Part shown: positions 1-13,920 of the stretch, one piece after another
Position numbering within the stretch: the stretch's first letter is position 1
Layout: the number at the start of each line of letters is the position of its first letter
DNA from: Botryllus schlosseri
Lineage: Eukaryota
Assembly: GCA_051294905.1 (NCBI GenBank)
Contig: CM119372.1
Coordinates: 24,802,001-24,866,000, forward strand
DNA: 64,000 bases
Reading direction: 5' to 3'
The notes under the pieces: model-generated
Told to the model about the DNA's origin: nothing
Databases searched by the model: none
The model's input: only the letters and a program-made list of their open reading frames with translations
Made by a program: the position numbers and the translations under genes

Positions 1-2632
1 GGAGCTGTATATCAATTTGCGAAGTGGAGTCGGAGCCCGAGCTGGAGCCGGTTGTTTGAAAAGTAGCTCCGCTTCCTATGTATTTCACGAGATGCTATGC
101 TACTACTATTGACTGAATTCACGTTATTTGACGGTAATTGTTCGCCAATATTAGAAATGTTGCCTCGTTGGCACTACGTTTTCTAACTAGCCATGTTCAA
201 TGTCCATGTCCATGTCCAATTGTCCATACATAGTCGCCAAACTTGGGTAGGCTAGATATGCCGCGACTTTCTCCGTAATTACTGTATTGTGGGTATTCGT
301 CATGCCCGCAATTTCGTCATCAGCGCAGCACCGATGACCGTGACCGTATAATTGTGCGGTTCGAAAAGTAATGATCGCTATGCATTTCACAAGACGGGAT
401 TGATGCATATGAGTGAAATTCGACAGTGTGTTATTTTTTATTTAATTAAATTTCATTCGAGCGCATAATCGTTTACTTCTGTAACGATTTGCGAACGTAA
501 ATAGGGAAATGCATCGAAGCAGCGCACAACACCATTTTAGTCCGCGGACGATGGTCGCGCTGCGAGCTTGTCAACATGTCAATGCGACGTCTGGACTACC
601 TTGTGTTGTATATAAAAACACGAGTTCTTACAGGGCAGCAATTAGTGATTGGATGCGCGCTTTCCAGTTTGTAATCATAATTTTTGTGTATTCATTCTTG
701 TCTGCTTGATGCACTCGTATTGTTGAATTGTCGCTCATTGTCATTTGAAAGCACGTATCGTTTAACTTGGTACTGGCACAGTGCATTGTGCACTTGTACA
801 CTGTGATGCAGTGGCAGCAGTGCACTGAGCTGAATTAAGTGACCAATTACCGATGCAACACCAGATTCTCAGTGGCACTATTTCTAAGTTTATTCGATTC
901 GTTTGAAGGGAACTTCATATATTCCTATGAGCCTGATCGACACCGGACGGACTGGTAACGAGCGCACCAATATCGAATTTCCAACCGTTGGCTGATTGAC
1001 TGAAAACGGATTTCTAATGAGAAGGTCGGTACATGCGCTCATATTGCTCTTGGTGCAGTTACACTTGCATAATCGCACTATTTCAAATTTCAATATTATA
1101 TTCGACTGTATGGCTTGATATTATCGAGCACAGTGCCGGCATTAAAACGTCACATCAGTAATTATCACATCACATCGTTGTTACCGACTACTGACTGAAC
1201 CATCCAATAGTTTTCGGAGCCGGAGCTGGACCGACTTTATGATAGAACAGAGCTCCGGAGCTGGAGCTGGAGCTGGAGCAGTTTGAAATTTACACTCAAC
1301 TGCTGTGAGGCACATTACGCGTTAAAAGGTATTCCACGGCCTTTGATATTGATAACAGAAGATAGACTAACAATTTGACAGTTGAATCACATAGTGCCCA
1401 ATGTCATCCAATCGCTGGCGGTCGCATGTAATACTGGTGGTGATATATTTTCATCCAAATCCCGTTAAGCCACATGCTTTTAATAATTTTATAAGACCCT
1501 GTAGGCCTGTACTCACATATCGAAGAGATACCTATAGTACATTACACACTTGGCCTCGAATCCTAGAATCGGCCTCGGTCGCACTCAAACTGACAGTCCG
1601 TCAGGTTTAATTAGTGACAATATTGGAGAATTCTGGCACTAAGGAGTCACTCGAATTTCATATCGATTGATGAGTCACCAAGATAAGCCATTGATGCATG
1701 GTGTGTCGTCTCGGCTGTACCGCAAGTCAGCCCGAAATCTATATACCAGACAATGTAATCTATAGTATGCGTCTGGAATAACAGCTGTTGTCTGGAACAT
1801 GAGCTGATGTTCAACTGCGTGATAGTTGATTCCATTTGCTGTGGAAGTTATTACCTGCGTGTGAACTGTGATGCAACTTGATCTATGGAGGGATATATGC
1901 ACCGAATGAACAAGAACGATCTATCTCCTTCTTCTGACCCAACTATCCATGCACCCATATAAGATAAACGGATTTATTACTTTAAAACACAAGTCCGCTC
2001 ATTCAACATGGAAATATGACTCAAATCCATAATTACTTTACTGCGAGAGAGTCGTTAAACATCAGAGCAAGATTGAAAACAATTCGTTTACAAATACTCG
2101 AAGATTCACAGCAGCGGTACCAGGCAGTTGGAATGGTTGATTACCAAACTTTGATGTGACTTATATCAAGACATTGGAATTCGCATTGTTTCCTCATCCT
2201 GTTATCAAAGATGAGCAATGAGCATGGCTTTGAATAAAAAATGAATTTGATGATTTTGGATGGATTTGAATTTGCGGAAGTGGATTCAGATTTAGACATG
2301 GAATTTCAGATCAAAACTTTGAACAAATTTCGACTCATTTTCTCGTTTACGTGTTATCGAATTTGAGCAGCATACGGAGTGAACTCAATACTTCAAGGTA
2401 GAAGGCGAAAGAAAGATCAACTGGAAAACATAATTTGGGTTTGAAGATATTAAATTCATCAACTCTGTCTGTAAAACGCAGCCGGGTGATTTAAGATATT
2501 GTTTGAGACGCTATACCATCCAGATGCGATAAGCTACCTTTGCAACTGTAACATCGGGTTTTCTTCATATCGGGCGAAATAAAACGACAACGAAATAAAA
2601 ATTATAGTCTGATAGTTCCCGATAGGCTATAC

Positions 2633-3339
2633 CTCAGTATCTTTTTCTTGTGCTGTGAGCTTGTCATAAATCGTCTGGTTCTCCAATTCGTCAAATTGAA
2701 TTGACAAGGTATCGAAATTCTAAAAGAAATAATAGTTTGACTCTTCTTCTTTGTCATTCGACTGCTCTAAAAGGTGTTGGGGTGGCCACTGTAATTAGTA
2801 TGACATTCCAGACGCAGTCTTACTCATTTCCTGGGCTCTGGACCGACACCGGAATGAGTCCGCGGCCCTGAGTTGAGAGCCATTGTGAGCCACACTCAGG
2901 CGCAATCTAAATGTCCCAAACCAACCTAAATCAGAAACACATTTCGCTGGCCGCATAAATTGTCTCTGCTGGATGCAGGGATCTAATATATTCATGGTTA
3001 TATGCTAATGTCATCATTTCAATACATCCCTTTCGAAAAACAAGTAGTCTTACAATAGCAAAAACTATACTCCGAAATATTCGCACCCAAGAGAATACAT
3101 CCAATTACAAACATCGGGTAATGCAATCGTCGTGGTGATAAGAAACACAGTGCTATGAAACACAACGTAGGTCTATGTAAATTGTACAATGTACATGTAC
3201 ATACTTGATTCTGAAGTCGATCAATAGTATCGGAATGGGTACTGAATATTCCAGACTCCTCGATCGCCGGTTCGGTGGATTCAGAAGTACTAATTACGAA
3301 CGTGAAGCAGAAGACACAAAGTACCAGTATTCTTTTCAT
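2633..3339 (-). CDS. Putative small secreted protein; two candidate exons (3339-3205, 2719-2633), downstream structure unresolved
   Basis: ATG at 3339 follows an AG acceptor (3349-3350). It encodes MKRILVLCVFCFTFVISTSES..., a basic N-region plus hydrophobic core resembling a signal peptide. A GTATGT donor follows 3205 (phase 0). The next exon has a T-rich AG acceptor, is 87 nt and open (NFDTLSIQFDELENQTIYDKLTAQEKDTE), and ends in a GTATAG donor. I could not chain further exons in frame. Confidence 0.35.
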
Positions 3340-6300
3340 ATCCGGCACCTATATGAATCCGGTCTATTGTGTCATGCTACAAATGAAGAATTTTGAATAT
3401 TGGATCTGCATATGTCATTAGAATCTGCCTGTGCCATACGCAACTTCATTGTTCTATACTATAGAGTATATAGTCCAAGGAGTAGGGGAGCCTTGCGGGT
3501 CATAAAGTATTTGCTCTCTGCTTATCCTACGGGCTATATATAAGACCTATACGTAAAGCATTAGTAGTAGTTTCAAGTTTAGTTATTGCATAGCTAGAGA
3601 AATTATTTCTTATGCTTACTACATTTAATCTGAAAACTGTGGTTGTAAACTGGAATCTCAAACGTGAATGCTGTAACTTATCGAAGAATGATAATTTCTG
3701 CAGCTCTCTCCAATGCGATTTACCATCAGTATGCAATAATATCTCTCGTGATATGCACTTCCATTTGTAGTGGTTAGCACATTGCACACTGTGATTTAGT
3801 AGTTAAATTCTAGAGTTGTAATCTGCATAGCAAATATAATATGCCGGATAATGAATTCTCGATATTTTAAAAACCGCGGCAATTAGACGTACATCTGCAT
3901 AGCCTATATATAAATAATTTATAACGATAGCGACAAATACAGCTTCCCGATTATATCAAAACCTAAAATTGTCTAATGCAACCTTTGCATTCGCACTTGG
4001 TTGGCAATTGCCCGGATATCCCCAAATGTCACTGTTGCTAGATATTTTACTCACGAATAACTTCAAAAAGCTGCGTATGGTTAGATAGCGTGAACGTATT
4101 GTACTCCAAGATTGTAAACAGGCATCAATTTTATCGTTTGGTGGATATGACTATCCTAATGCACATATAATTTCCCATACATAAGCTGTAATTTGTTCCT
4201 TTTTCTCCCTTCGAATATTCATTAGTTTAAACAAAATCGTGTAAGGTTACATAAAAATGAGACTCTGGGGATGATCTTAGATTCTAAAGGACAGGTGATC
4301 TCACCAAAAATGTGCCAGTAAATATATCGTTTAAATCACAAGATTGGTGGATATTGTCTAGTCTGGAAAGGCATTCACTATATATCTATTACGGAATCGC
4401 CAATGTGTATACCTACGTGCTCATTGCACTGCACACCCTGTGGGGCTGGACTATATAACTATACAGAATAGGCAATATCGAAAAACTCTGTTTCAAAACC
4501 TCACGTATATGGAACAAAATAGTTTTTCGTCATAAATGATAACATGCGATAATTTTCTACAGTGGAAAGGTTTTTCAAAAGCTTGACAGGCGCATGCGCA
4601 AACATATAAAGATAACACAATTTTAGGGCTAATTCGACCTTATGATGTTAATGATGGCTTACGATAACTATTCAACAAGTCGGACATATCGAAAATAATC
4701 TTCCACATGGGCCTACTTGACGATCGGGAATAACCATGCCCAACTAGAGCAAATGTCAGCAATTACCTGTCTTGCAAGGGTACTGTGGCTCGAAATCGAA
4801 GCGGGAATTGCCAAAATCGTATAATTCATAGCCTGTCCCAACGACTTTCCTCATTATTCTAACGTAGAATACATCTTCGTATTAACTTCACGCACACAGT
4901 CTCTTTCAATTCGATTCCGTGAAACTATGATCGTCTGTCGTCTATCTCGTATTTTTCCCATGTCTTGCCTTCGAGTCATGGCCATATTGCTCTTGCCATA
5001 AAAAGGTCACTTGAAACGAACGTATACAGTTGTAGTACCACAAAGACGTGATATCGGAAGTAATCAGGGCATGAAATAAGGGACATAGAAGCAATCCGGT
5101 GTCCATGCAATCTGATCGGTGGACTTGGCTGACGCATGACGTACAGTTGGGTCGATTGACTATAAACTGACTATACGGTCACGACTGCTTTGTGAATTTC
5201 AATATTTCAACGGAGACGTCACGGTCAAGCTATCAAATTGATATATCGCTGAACAAGTTACCTCTTACGTCATTGCCTTGCTCCCAGTCGCGTTTTATTG
5301 TATAATATCATACATTACATTTTATATATATCTTACCAAACAAAAAGGCCAAGGTGCAAACACGATGAGTAGACGAAACTGCTGTCACTGTCACTACATC
5401 GGTAAGTCAACGGTGCCTCTGGGAATTGGTTTGACTAAGTGAGAGGGCCTGTTATGTACTGTACATACCGGCTTCTAAGCATTGTCGAATTATATCTAAC
5501 CCATACACCTGATTGGTGTCGTGGCATAGAATATTTCTCACCGTCTGTCCCCGTGTTGGGTTTCATTGAGAAGCAGCATGAACTTCATGGCCAAAATATG
5601 TTCTGACAAGCAAGATGCCGCAGAAGAACGGGTGACGTAGGCTACTATATAGGCTACGTTGATTATGGCACATAGCAACAATGGCCTGAGTGTTACAAGT
5701 TGACCTTCCTCTGTGACACGTGCGGTGAACATTCAAGCATGCACGTTGCACAAGTAATATTTATGTTGCAGTAAATATAATTTGGATTGAGCGTTTCATT
5801 TTCACGCACGATTCACCTATACCTACAAGTTCCTTTTACACTTTCAGTGTCCAATTTTTGACTCAATCACAGTTATTTTACCCGGTAGCCTATTTCGTGA
5901 CGTCCAATAATAATCTTATCTCCGTACAAGTGAAAAAAGTCTGCGATATCTGCTATATGCTATATATATATAGCTATATATATGCTCTTTTCATAGATGC
6001 GATTACTCCTTAGAGAGACTGTAGTGTACGGTCATGATATGATAAACTTAACGACGTGAACTGGCGTTATTATTGCTTCAGTCTAGCATTATATTTCCCA
6101 CGAGAATATATAGGATAACCCAAGAGCGATGGGTATATTGGCGAAACGTGAACGATAAGCTTCAGCTTTCCAAATTTGCTTTATAGGTTCCAACTGGGGA
6201 TGGTGAAAACGTGTGGTTCACCTTTTCGCTCGTGTTCGCAAACAAACCTTAGTATAGGTTATGCACTGTGAACTTTTGTCATATATTAGAATTTTTCACG

Positions 6301-6553
6301 TCATTATAACATCTTTGGTCGAAATTCTTTCCATTTTAACCTACGAACATTCTCTGCATGGCGTTGGCAGCATGAAAAGAAACTCGGCACTAAATGAGCA
6401 TGAGCTTGAGCATGCACCTTGCCCATTTCAATAATTTTATTTGCCCTGTCAAATAGTTGGCTCGAAATATTAGGAGTTCCGTTTGTAAATAGTTAGTGAC
6501 TCTCTGCTGTGGCCCGCAATCACGCAACATCAAGAGCGAAATATACCGTAGAT

Positions 6554-7165
6554 TAGGGTTCCCATAAGTCTGGAATTTCCCGGACATGTCTGGAATTTCA
6601 CTGTAAAAACTGCGTCCGGGAGGAATTTTGTAAATATGCCCAAATGTCCGGAATTTTGAATGCTTGAAGTAAACTAATAATTTTTTCTTAAATCAACATA
6701 AACAAGATTATTTTTGGGCAGATTTATGCTACATGAAATTTTTCTTCGCGCTGCGCGCGATTTAGCATAATGTATATTGGTTTCAATATGGGGACTACCA
6801 CCCTCGCAAAAACGGCGATCAAAAATAAATATAAAATAACATTCATTTACAAAAAGAAGTCTGATTGTAATCGCAATTACAAGATAACGGTTTATTCATA
6901 GAGTCAGTTTAGGACAGGCTGTTTGGACGCTTTATTCAATGATGGTGGTTCTAAGCCTGTGGGTAGTTTGCCTTTATTCTGGGGTTCGCGAAGACGTTGA
7001 ACGTAATTAGATTCCAAAATAAGCCGTGAGTAAGTGAGTAAGTCTGGGCAAGTGTGCCGACCTTTAATTAGTAATCAGCTCATCAAATTTTGAGCTGGGC
7101 CACGGCACATTTTCAAATTGGAAATGGAGTCGCGACGATAAAAGGTTGGAAACCACCGGATGTGC
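6554..7165 (+). mobile_element. Truncated, diverged copy of the TAGGGTTGCC-terminus non-autonomous hAT-like family (family A)
   Basis: Starts TAGGGTTCCCATAAGTCTGGAATTTCCCGGACATGTC and is colinear with 7242-7830. The second terminus is absent. Confidence 0.8.
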
Positions 7166-7241
7166 GGTGTTTATATAGCTCAGTGGTGCAGTGCGGACCG
7201 GTATTAAGCTGATAAGTAATCTTATCGGCGTGACATTAACA

Positions 7242-8318
7242 TAGGGTTGCCATACGTCCGGAATTTCCCGGACATGTCCGGAATTTCACTGAAAAATTTG
7301 CGTCCGGGAGGAATTTCTAAAATATGCCTAAATGTCCGGAATTTTGAAGGCTTTAAGCCGGCTCAAAAGTTTTTCGTAAATCAACATAAACAATATTATT
7401 TTCAAGCAGATTTAAGCTATTCAAAATTGTTCTTCGCGCCGTGCGCGAGTTAATGCAACGTATAATAATATTAGTATGGGCATCATGCACCACCCTCGCC
7501 AAAAATGCAATCAAAATAAATATAAATAACCATCATTTACTGAAATAAGTCTGATTCTAATCGCAATTATAAGCCAACGGTATATTCCTGGAGTTGGTTC
7601 AGGCCGGTTGGATGCTTCAATCACAGACAGTGGTTCCAAATCTTGCGGTCGTTCGCCTTTATCTGGGCATCGCGATGATGTTGGACGTAATCAGCTTCCT
7701 AGGCTGTGAGTAAGTTTGGGCAAGCGGAATTTTTTTAGTAATCAGCTTATTGGGTTTTGAGCTTTGCCACGGAACATTTTCAAGTGGGAAATGAGGTCGC
7801 GACCATGAAAGGTTGGAAATCACCGGATGTGCAACCTGTCGGTGCATTTTCTAGTAGCCTAATATATGGAAGTATCAATATTATTGACAGAATTCATACA
7901 TAAAATTTAACAGCCAAATGCATATAATAAGTGCCCAACAAGTTACATCGACTACTTTATAATGGACCCAAGATCAGTCCTTTTTTGGGCGGAGGGGGGG
8001 GGGAGAAAAATGTTGTTACGGACCTGATTAAAACACATAAACAGATAGCCGCACCGACCTAAGAGTACAGCAGGGCTGTCAAACACAATCCTTACAGGCC
8101 AGACACGACCCGCCAGATGATTTCATCCGGCCCGTGGGGGAATCTATAGCAGACCCTAGTAAGCAGCAATCACCAGAGCTCACATTACAGATAGCCCAAT
8201 TCATGACCTATGCTCCACTCCATTCCTGTAGTCGTGTATTCAGTCGATGGGCAATGCTTTGCTAGTGTGACGTCATATTGACGTTCAATGCGTTACAACT
8301 CATTTTAAAATCCGCTAT
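7242..8318 (+). mobile_element. Family A non-autonomous hAT-like element, 'empty' form lacking the nested CAGTGGTTCTC insert; far end truncated
   Basis: Begins TAGGGTTGCCATACGTCCGGAATTTCCCGGACATGTCCGG. Its reverse complement is colinear with 12771-14925 except for the 12907-13920 insert. Similarity stops at ...TTTTAAAATCCGCTA (about 8318). Confidence 0.85.
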
Positions 8319-8574
8319 TTTTCACTGTGATCGATATCAATGGAGCTGACCGTTAAGGCGCCTAAGCTTACCTTCCCTTGCTAGTTCTCACCTAAGCGAC
8401 GGAAGATATTCATTTTTATGGAATTTTTATAGCATTTGATTTTCCCGCAGTTAATACATTTAGTGATGCTTAAAAGGTCAGCCAATACTCAGCACTGCGT
8501 GGCATAATGTGACCTGAGCGTCGTTACAGGTTCATGTTCACGTTCGCGTTCACCTTTCAAAGCGTTTCGCGTTC

Positions 8575-8714
8575 ACAATAATAATAATATCGATATCAAT
8601 AATCATCAGATTATATTTTCATCTGATCAAAACACACAAGACACGATGCGATGTCATGAACAGATAGGAGGATGCCGAACGACCAGTTGCGGTTTCTTAA
8701 ATTGGCATCCACCT
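8575..8714 (-). mobile_element. LINE 3'-end remnant (stem-loop plus short trinucleotide tail)
   Basis: A (AAT)n run is followed by GATAGGAGGATGCC-GAAC-GACC..GGTT..GGCATCC-ACCT, the same layout as the LINE 3' UTR at 28845-28970 and 31170-31300. Confidence 0.5.
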
Positions 8715-10463
8715 CGACCTATAGTGCCCGATGTCACAGTTCTTTTTCGATGTTAATCTCTATTCCGTGAATTTCACACGAATCTGAACCTTTCGCGGGC
8801 TCGCGACTTCCCTGAACCTTTCACGGGTTCGCTACATCTTCACTGTCCTGATAACTTGATAACGCAATGACATCGAAACCATAGTTGATTTCCGAAATTA
8901 TTTCTCTACAACAGAAATTCCTTGTCACTTTGCTATCGCGAGTATAGAGGTAAACTCAGCTGGTCATTCTCTGTGCATTTAACAGTTTTACTGAAGTTTT
9001 ACGCCAGACGAACTTCCTGTCGCATTCCGAACCGTTTAACCTGTGCTGGTCTCGTCACTGGAATGGCCTTTTCTCGCCCGTGTCTGGAATTTAAGGTGAC
9101 AGACGCCGATGCTATACTTGAAAACGGGTCTAGATATTGCAAGGCCAGTGACCTAACCACCAGGGGCCGTCACAACCAAAATTCTTATCACCGACAATGG
9201 AGTGGATTTATCCACACGGCGGCCACCCTCAGGTAGCACTAGAGGTCCATTGAATAGGTATAATACAAGTTTATCAAACCTCGGAAATGGCTAGCCACGG
9301 GAGTGACGAATGACGATGCATTCCGAAGGAATACCCGCGTAATGGGCGAAAGCTGGTGCGAACCGCTGAAAGGTTCCGGTTTGTGTGTACACGAACTTTT
9401 ATAAGAGTTTCTCTATGAACACGAACTTGCCACAATGCTAATTTAAAGTAACGCATGTTTATTTAGATCAGGTTTCGAGATCCTATCCTATCGCTCATTT
9501 GTTGATATGATATGCCTCTCTGCTAAATCTTCAATTTGGCACTAGATTCACATTTTATTTGTTAGCATTGCGGCAACTTTTATGTAAATTTTAATCAGAA
9601 TCGTTATTTCTATTGTGGTAGCTGAGACAAGTCTATGTATAAGTCATGGTTTCGAACCCTTGTTTAGATCTATAAAATTGTCATTTTCAGCCCCGATTGT
9701 GGGAATTAGCAAAAATCCTGGTTGCGTTAGGAGTTGCATTGGAAAGCATTTTCCTTGCTGTAGTCCCCCTGCCACTATGTGTATAAGATACTGCCGAAGT
9801 AGTAGTCGGTAATCAAAGTACACTTGGTGAAATTCGTAAATGTCGCAGATAACGATGTGACTTTTGCGAATAAATCTCTTATCACATGATGTTATAACAA
9901 CAAGTCACCAATAGAATTACAGAAGAACCCGACCGGTCACTTGTGTCCGTAAGCGCCTTGCATTCCCATAAAGTATTGTTATAGCGATTCATAGCAGGTA
10001 CTATTTTGCACCAGACCCATTTCCGTGTCATCGGGAATGGATAACTCCACCGATGCACGGGAATATGCAGGCCTCCTACATAGCAGTGATATAAGCTAGT
10101 CATCCTTAGTAACTAAAATAGCGTGATTGTCAAATGACATTTGCAAAACAGTGTAATTGATTACGTCACGAGGTAATGGTATATATATGTATGCCTTGAG
10201 CATCATAGATTACGAATACGGATAACTATGATTTCGTTGAGCTATACGAGAACTATTGCGCATGCGCATTGCGCATATAGTCGATTGCTACAAAATTCGC
10301 CGGACAATAGTCATTAATCAGATATCAAGTATAGGTATGTCGAATCTCTCTTTTTCCATGCCCTACAAAGTTAAACACGTGATTCGATACCTGGAACATC
10401 TCTATAGCTAAGTGCTTTTCAGCTCGAGCCAACTTACTCATACACATTCATTATACCTATACC

Positions 10464-11029
10464 AAGGGTTGCATTCAAAACAACAATCAATTTAAAACAA
10501 ACATGTTCGAAAACATGACCCTTGTTTAAAACATGTTTTATTGTTATTGCTTTTTGTTTTGTTTTTAAAGCCATGATGTCACGAATCCTTGTGTCGAATC
10601 ACGAATCTTTGTGACGTCACAGGGGAAGGACATTTGACAATAGAAAATATAGGCTGAATGCCTCCTTTGACGAAAAAGGCTTCCGATCCCTGTCTTAAAC
10701 GGACCAAAAATATCTTTGACCAGGTCCACGTCGTTATGCAGCATTTTACGGTCGGCGGTCATCATCAGCAGGACATCCATTCTGTACCAATGATCCGTAA
10801 CTATACGTGCTATAACTGTTGAGCCGACGACGATTTCGAGGGTTCCAGCCATCCCATTTCGTATGCGTCGACTATATCCGGTTCAAATCGTCCGTATAGG
10901 CTTGTACTAGATGTTTCTTCAAATATATTTGCATAATCATGCATAATAAAGCATTAGTTTTAAAATAATATTTAGAACATGTTTTGAACAAAGTGTTTTG
11001 AAACACCAGTTGCTTTAAATGTAACCCTG
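10464..11029. mobile_element. MITE with AGGGTTGCATT/AATGTAACCCT termini and AAACA-rich subterminal motifs
   Basis: Inverted termini with an imperfect 8-bp flanking repeat (CCTATACC/CATATAGC). Homologous to 24716-25148. Confidence 0.75.
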
Positions 11030-12906
11030 CATATAGCAGATAGCTGCGGTTACGGCGTAATCTCAAACTTTTTCTACTCAAGATATTTAATCATGACACA
11101 CGCAGTCATATATTTGACACCTTCGTAAATAGTATCTCCGTTTCGATGCTATCGCAAGTTATGTCTACAACTTAAATTTAGAGAAAACCCACCCAAAAGA
11201 TAGATCATAAACGCCATGAAAACCAAATTTGTACGTGAGAACAGATAGGCTCGTGCAGGCGACAGCTGTTATTGCGAGCGAAATCATCGTTTCTCTTTGT
11301 ACTTTTTCCAGTGAAGGGAATCGCATCTGTTTTTTAACGTTTCCTCCAACATTCAGGTGGGGAAATGGTTCTCTTGGTATTGGCACTCCTAAAAACTCAC
11401 ACAGCGGATCCATCCCTCTCTACAATTGAATATGGGCAGCTTTTCTTTCGGAGCATCCTGAAAAACAGATACTTTCTGTTTGAGGCAAAATCCAACAACG
11501 GGAGAAAATGATGGTAATTTCTGTTCCTTATTAGACACCACATAGGCCGACCTGCGTGACGTTTGCGTTATGAGCCCGATAAATTCTTTTCAGCATAGAT
11601 GCGTTCATTTTTGTGTTGCAGTCAAATGGTCCACCCGGTTTCATTCCAAGAGCAATCCAGCCTGTCAAAAGGTTAACGAATTATTGGAGCATAATCGAAT
11701 TCATCTACAGTCGCGAACAATATATAAAAGGTTTATGAGATCAGGATCGCTACTACAGCACACCAAACGAGCTAGAAAGGGGTCCAAATTATTACGTACA
11801 TCAGCATAAGTAGTTTATTTGTGGGGAGACCTATTCAACTTGCAATGTTTATTGTCACTAAATTCCATGGTCTTGCTATGGAGACCCGTCTCCCTGAAAA
11901 TAAATATATAAACAAAATACTCTTAATTCACAGAAATGAGTCCAACTGTATTCGCAATTGTGAGAGAGTGGTATATCGATTCCTATATTGTAGGAGGCAG
12001 TTGTGAAGTTTCATTCTATAGTTAAGGGTTTTCAACCTACGGGTGTGGGACTATTGGGCGCCGGCATCTCGGCCCATGCAGGTAATTACATGCCAGGTCA
12101 CACCAAGACATTTCAAATTTCGGTAAACATGCGACTCCACGAAGTGCGCTGCAACACAGATTGTTGGCAAACCTTGGTCCATAAAAACGGACACGTCTTG
12201 GTGGTAATCTTATATTTTGAACGTCGAATAGTCCTTGCAATCGGAGTCCCGCGGTACAAATTCGACCGGCAGCGGAAATAATACGGACCGTTCGTTAGGT
12301 TTATCACACTATGACGGAATTAAGATTAGCGCTTTGGAGCCCGGTGACAAAGTGCGGTTTCGCTCCTGGATGCGACTGATGAACCCGAATAGGTAGCAAA
12401 TTTTAGAATCGTGATATGTGATCCACATTTTCAAGCAGCATAGGTTCGTTGGTCCTTAGCTTGTAGCGTACCTTGTACGGCAATTGCACGAAGTTTAGAG
12501 CTGATATTAAATGACGCAGCCGAGCAAATTTTGTTCTTATTTTTTCGGATCGCGCCTGGCAAATTGTGATTCAATAAGTGATTTTTTAGTAAATGGATTG
12601 CTGATATGCTATAGAACGTTGGCGAAGTTCTACGAACTGGTTGCAATGCCCATAGCCATATGTTAGTCTATTTTCGGCGAAGAGGATCACTGACCGTTTC
12701 GTCCACAGATGCTTCGACATTAAGGCTATGCTTAAATTCATCGGATGACACAAACTGACCTGTTATATGGCAGGGTTACCATATTTTTGTGAATCAAATT
12801 CCGGACACTCTTTAGCGCCCACTAGCGGATTTTAAAATGAGGGTTGACACATTGTCCGTCAATATGACGTCACACTAGCAAAGCATTGCCCATCGACTGT
12901 ATACAC

Positions 12907-13920
12907 AAGTGGTTCTCAACCGGGGGTCCGCGAAGCATTTTCAGGGGGTCCGCGAAGCCTCTAATTTTACAAAATAGTTGATAACCTCATTTTTATTTTT
13001 TAATTAGGAAAATCACGAGGCAGTTTCGCTTCATTACTAGTAGAACTCACATGAACAGAATGGCCGTCTGAGATGACATATCCTACTGTGCTGACTCATT
13101 TTAGTGGCTAAATTGTCAATATCCTACTGATACAAATATTTTGCTGTATAGAGGTGATTTGTTAGGGATTGTGTAAAATTAAAAAGTTGGATTCAACAAT
13201 CACGGTGACTTCGTAATGTTCATAAAAATCCATTTTCTACCGTGATATCCATAACTGTTTTCCATAATAGTTTCAAGATAAACTGCTTGATAGAAATGTC
13301 CAGGCCTGACGTTATATGTTCAATGAAATAAATTAGTTTGTCAATTTTGATGCCCTATTTGTTGCGATCGTACCCAAATCTGACGTCGCAAGCGTTACGC
13401 GTTATTATTACATTTGCCACCACCTTTGTTTGTGGAGACAGATTTTCAACACTCGTTTAAATCAAATCAAAGGCGCAGATTTTTAAGATACCACCAAGTA
13501 TTTCAAAACATTTAGCTTCAGAATTCGCTTTGAATAAATAAAAGTCTTCCCAATTACTACTTGAATAATAGGCTTTTATGCTATTCTCAAGAATGATCAG
13601 TGGTCACTTCGTTACTGTGTATTGTTTGTTTTGTTTGTGTGGGGTATTCATGGCGTTTGTCGACTACAATGGTCAATTGGTCATTTTCACCAGGCCGTTT
13701 TTCCTGCATTTTTGATTCCGTATCTGCCAACTTGTAGCACGATCCACTTCTAGACTTTTTATAGGACACTGCTTACGGGGATGAGATGGCGAGGAGCAGC
13801 CGGGATAAACCTTCAACACTTAGGTTAGAATTCTAGTGTCGACCCCGACTTCGGGGAGTTCACGGGGGTCCATGACAGTCCAAAATGGGTTCGCGAAGAC
13901 AAAAAAGTTGAGAACCACTG
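12907..13920. mobile_element. Nested hAT-like element (CAGTGGTTCTCAAC TIR) carrying a SINE fragment
   Basis: TIRs AAGTGGTTCTCAAC / GTTGAGAACCACTG with a perfect TSD GTATACAC (12899-12906, 13921-13928). Confidence 0.9.
13622..13848 (-). mobile_element. SINE body and tail, tRNA-like head deleted
   Basis: Colinear with 26596-26821 and carries a (CAAA)n-type tail on the - strand. Confidence 0.75.

Noticed and set aside
3527..3787. ORF faintly resembling a LINE ORF2 C-terminus
   Set aside because: Similarity is too weak, with no tail or second copy to support it.
7174..7205. TAGCTCAGTGG A-box-like motif
   Set aside because: No B box or cloverleaf follows.
7247..7453. Recurrent ORF MPYVRNFPDMSG... 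(also at 14750-14938 and 27988-28194)
   Set aside because: It is a reading of the family A terminus; stops differ between copies and there are no transposase motifs.
11900..12700. GC-richer stretch with several overlapping short ORFs inside the pseudogene intron
   Set aside because: No recognisable protein motif, splice pattern or termini; possibly an old TE fragment but I cannot support a call.
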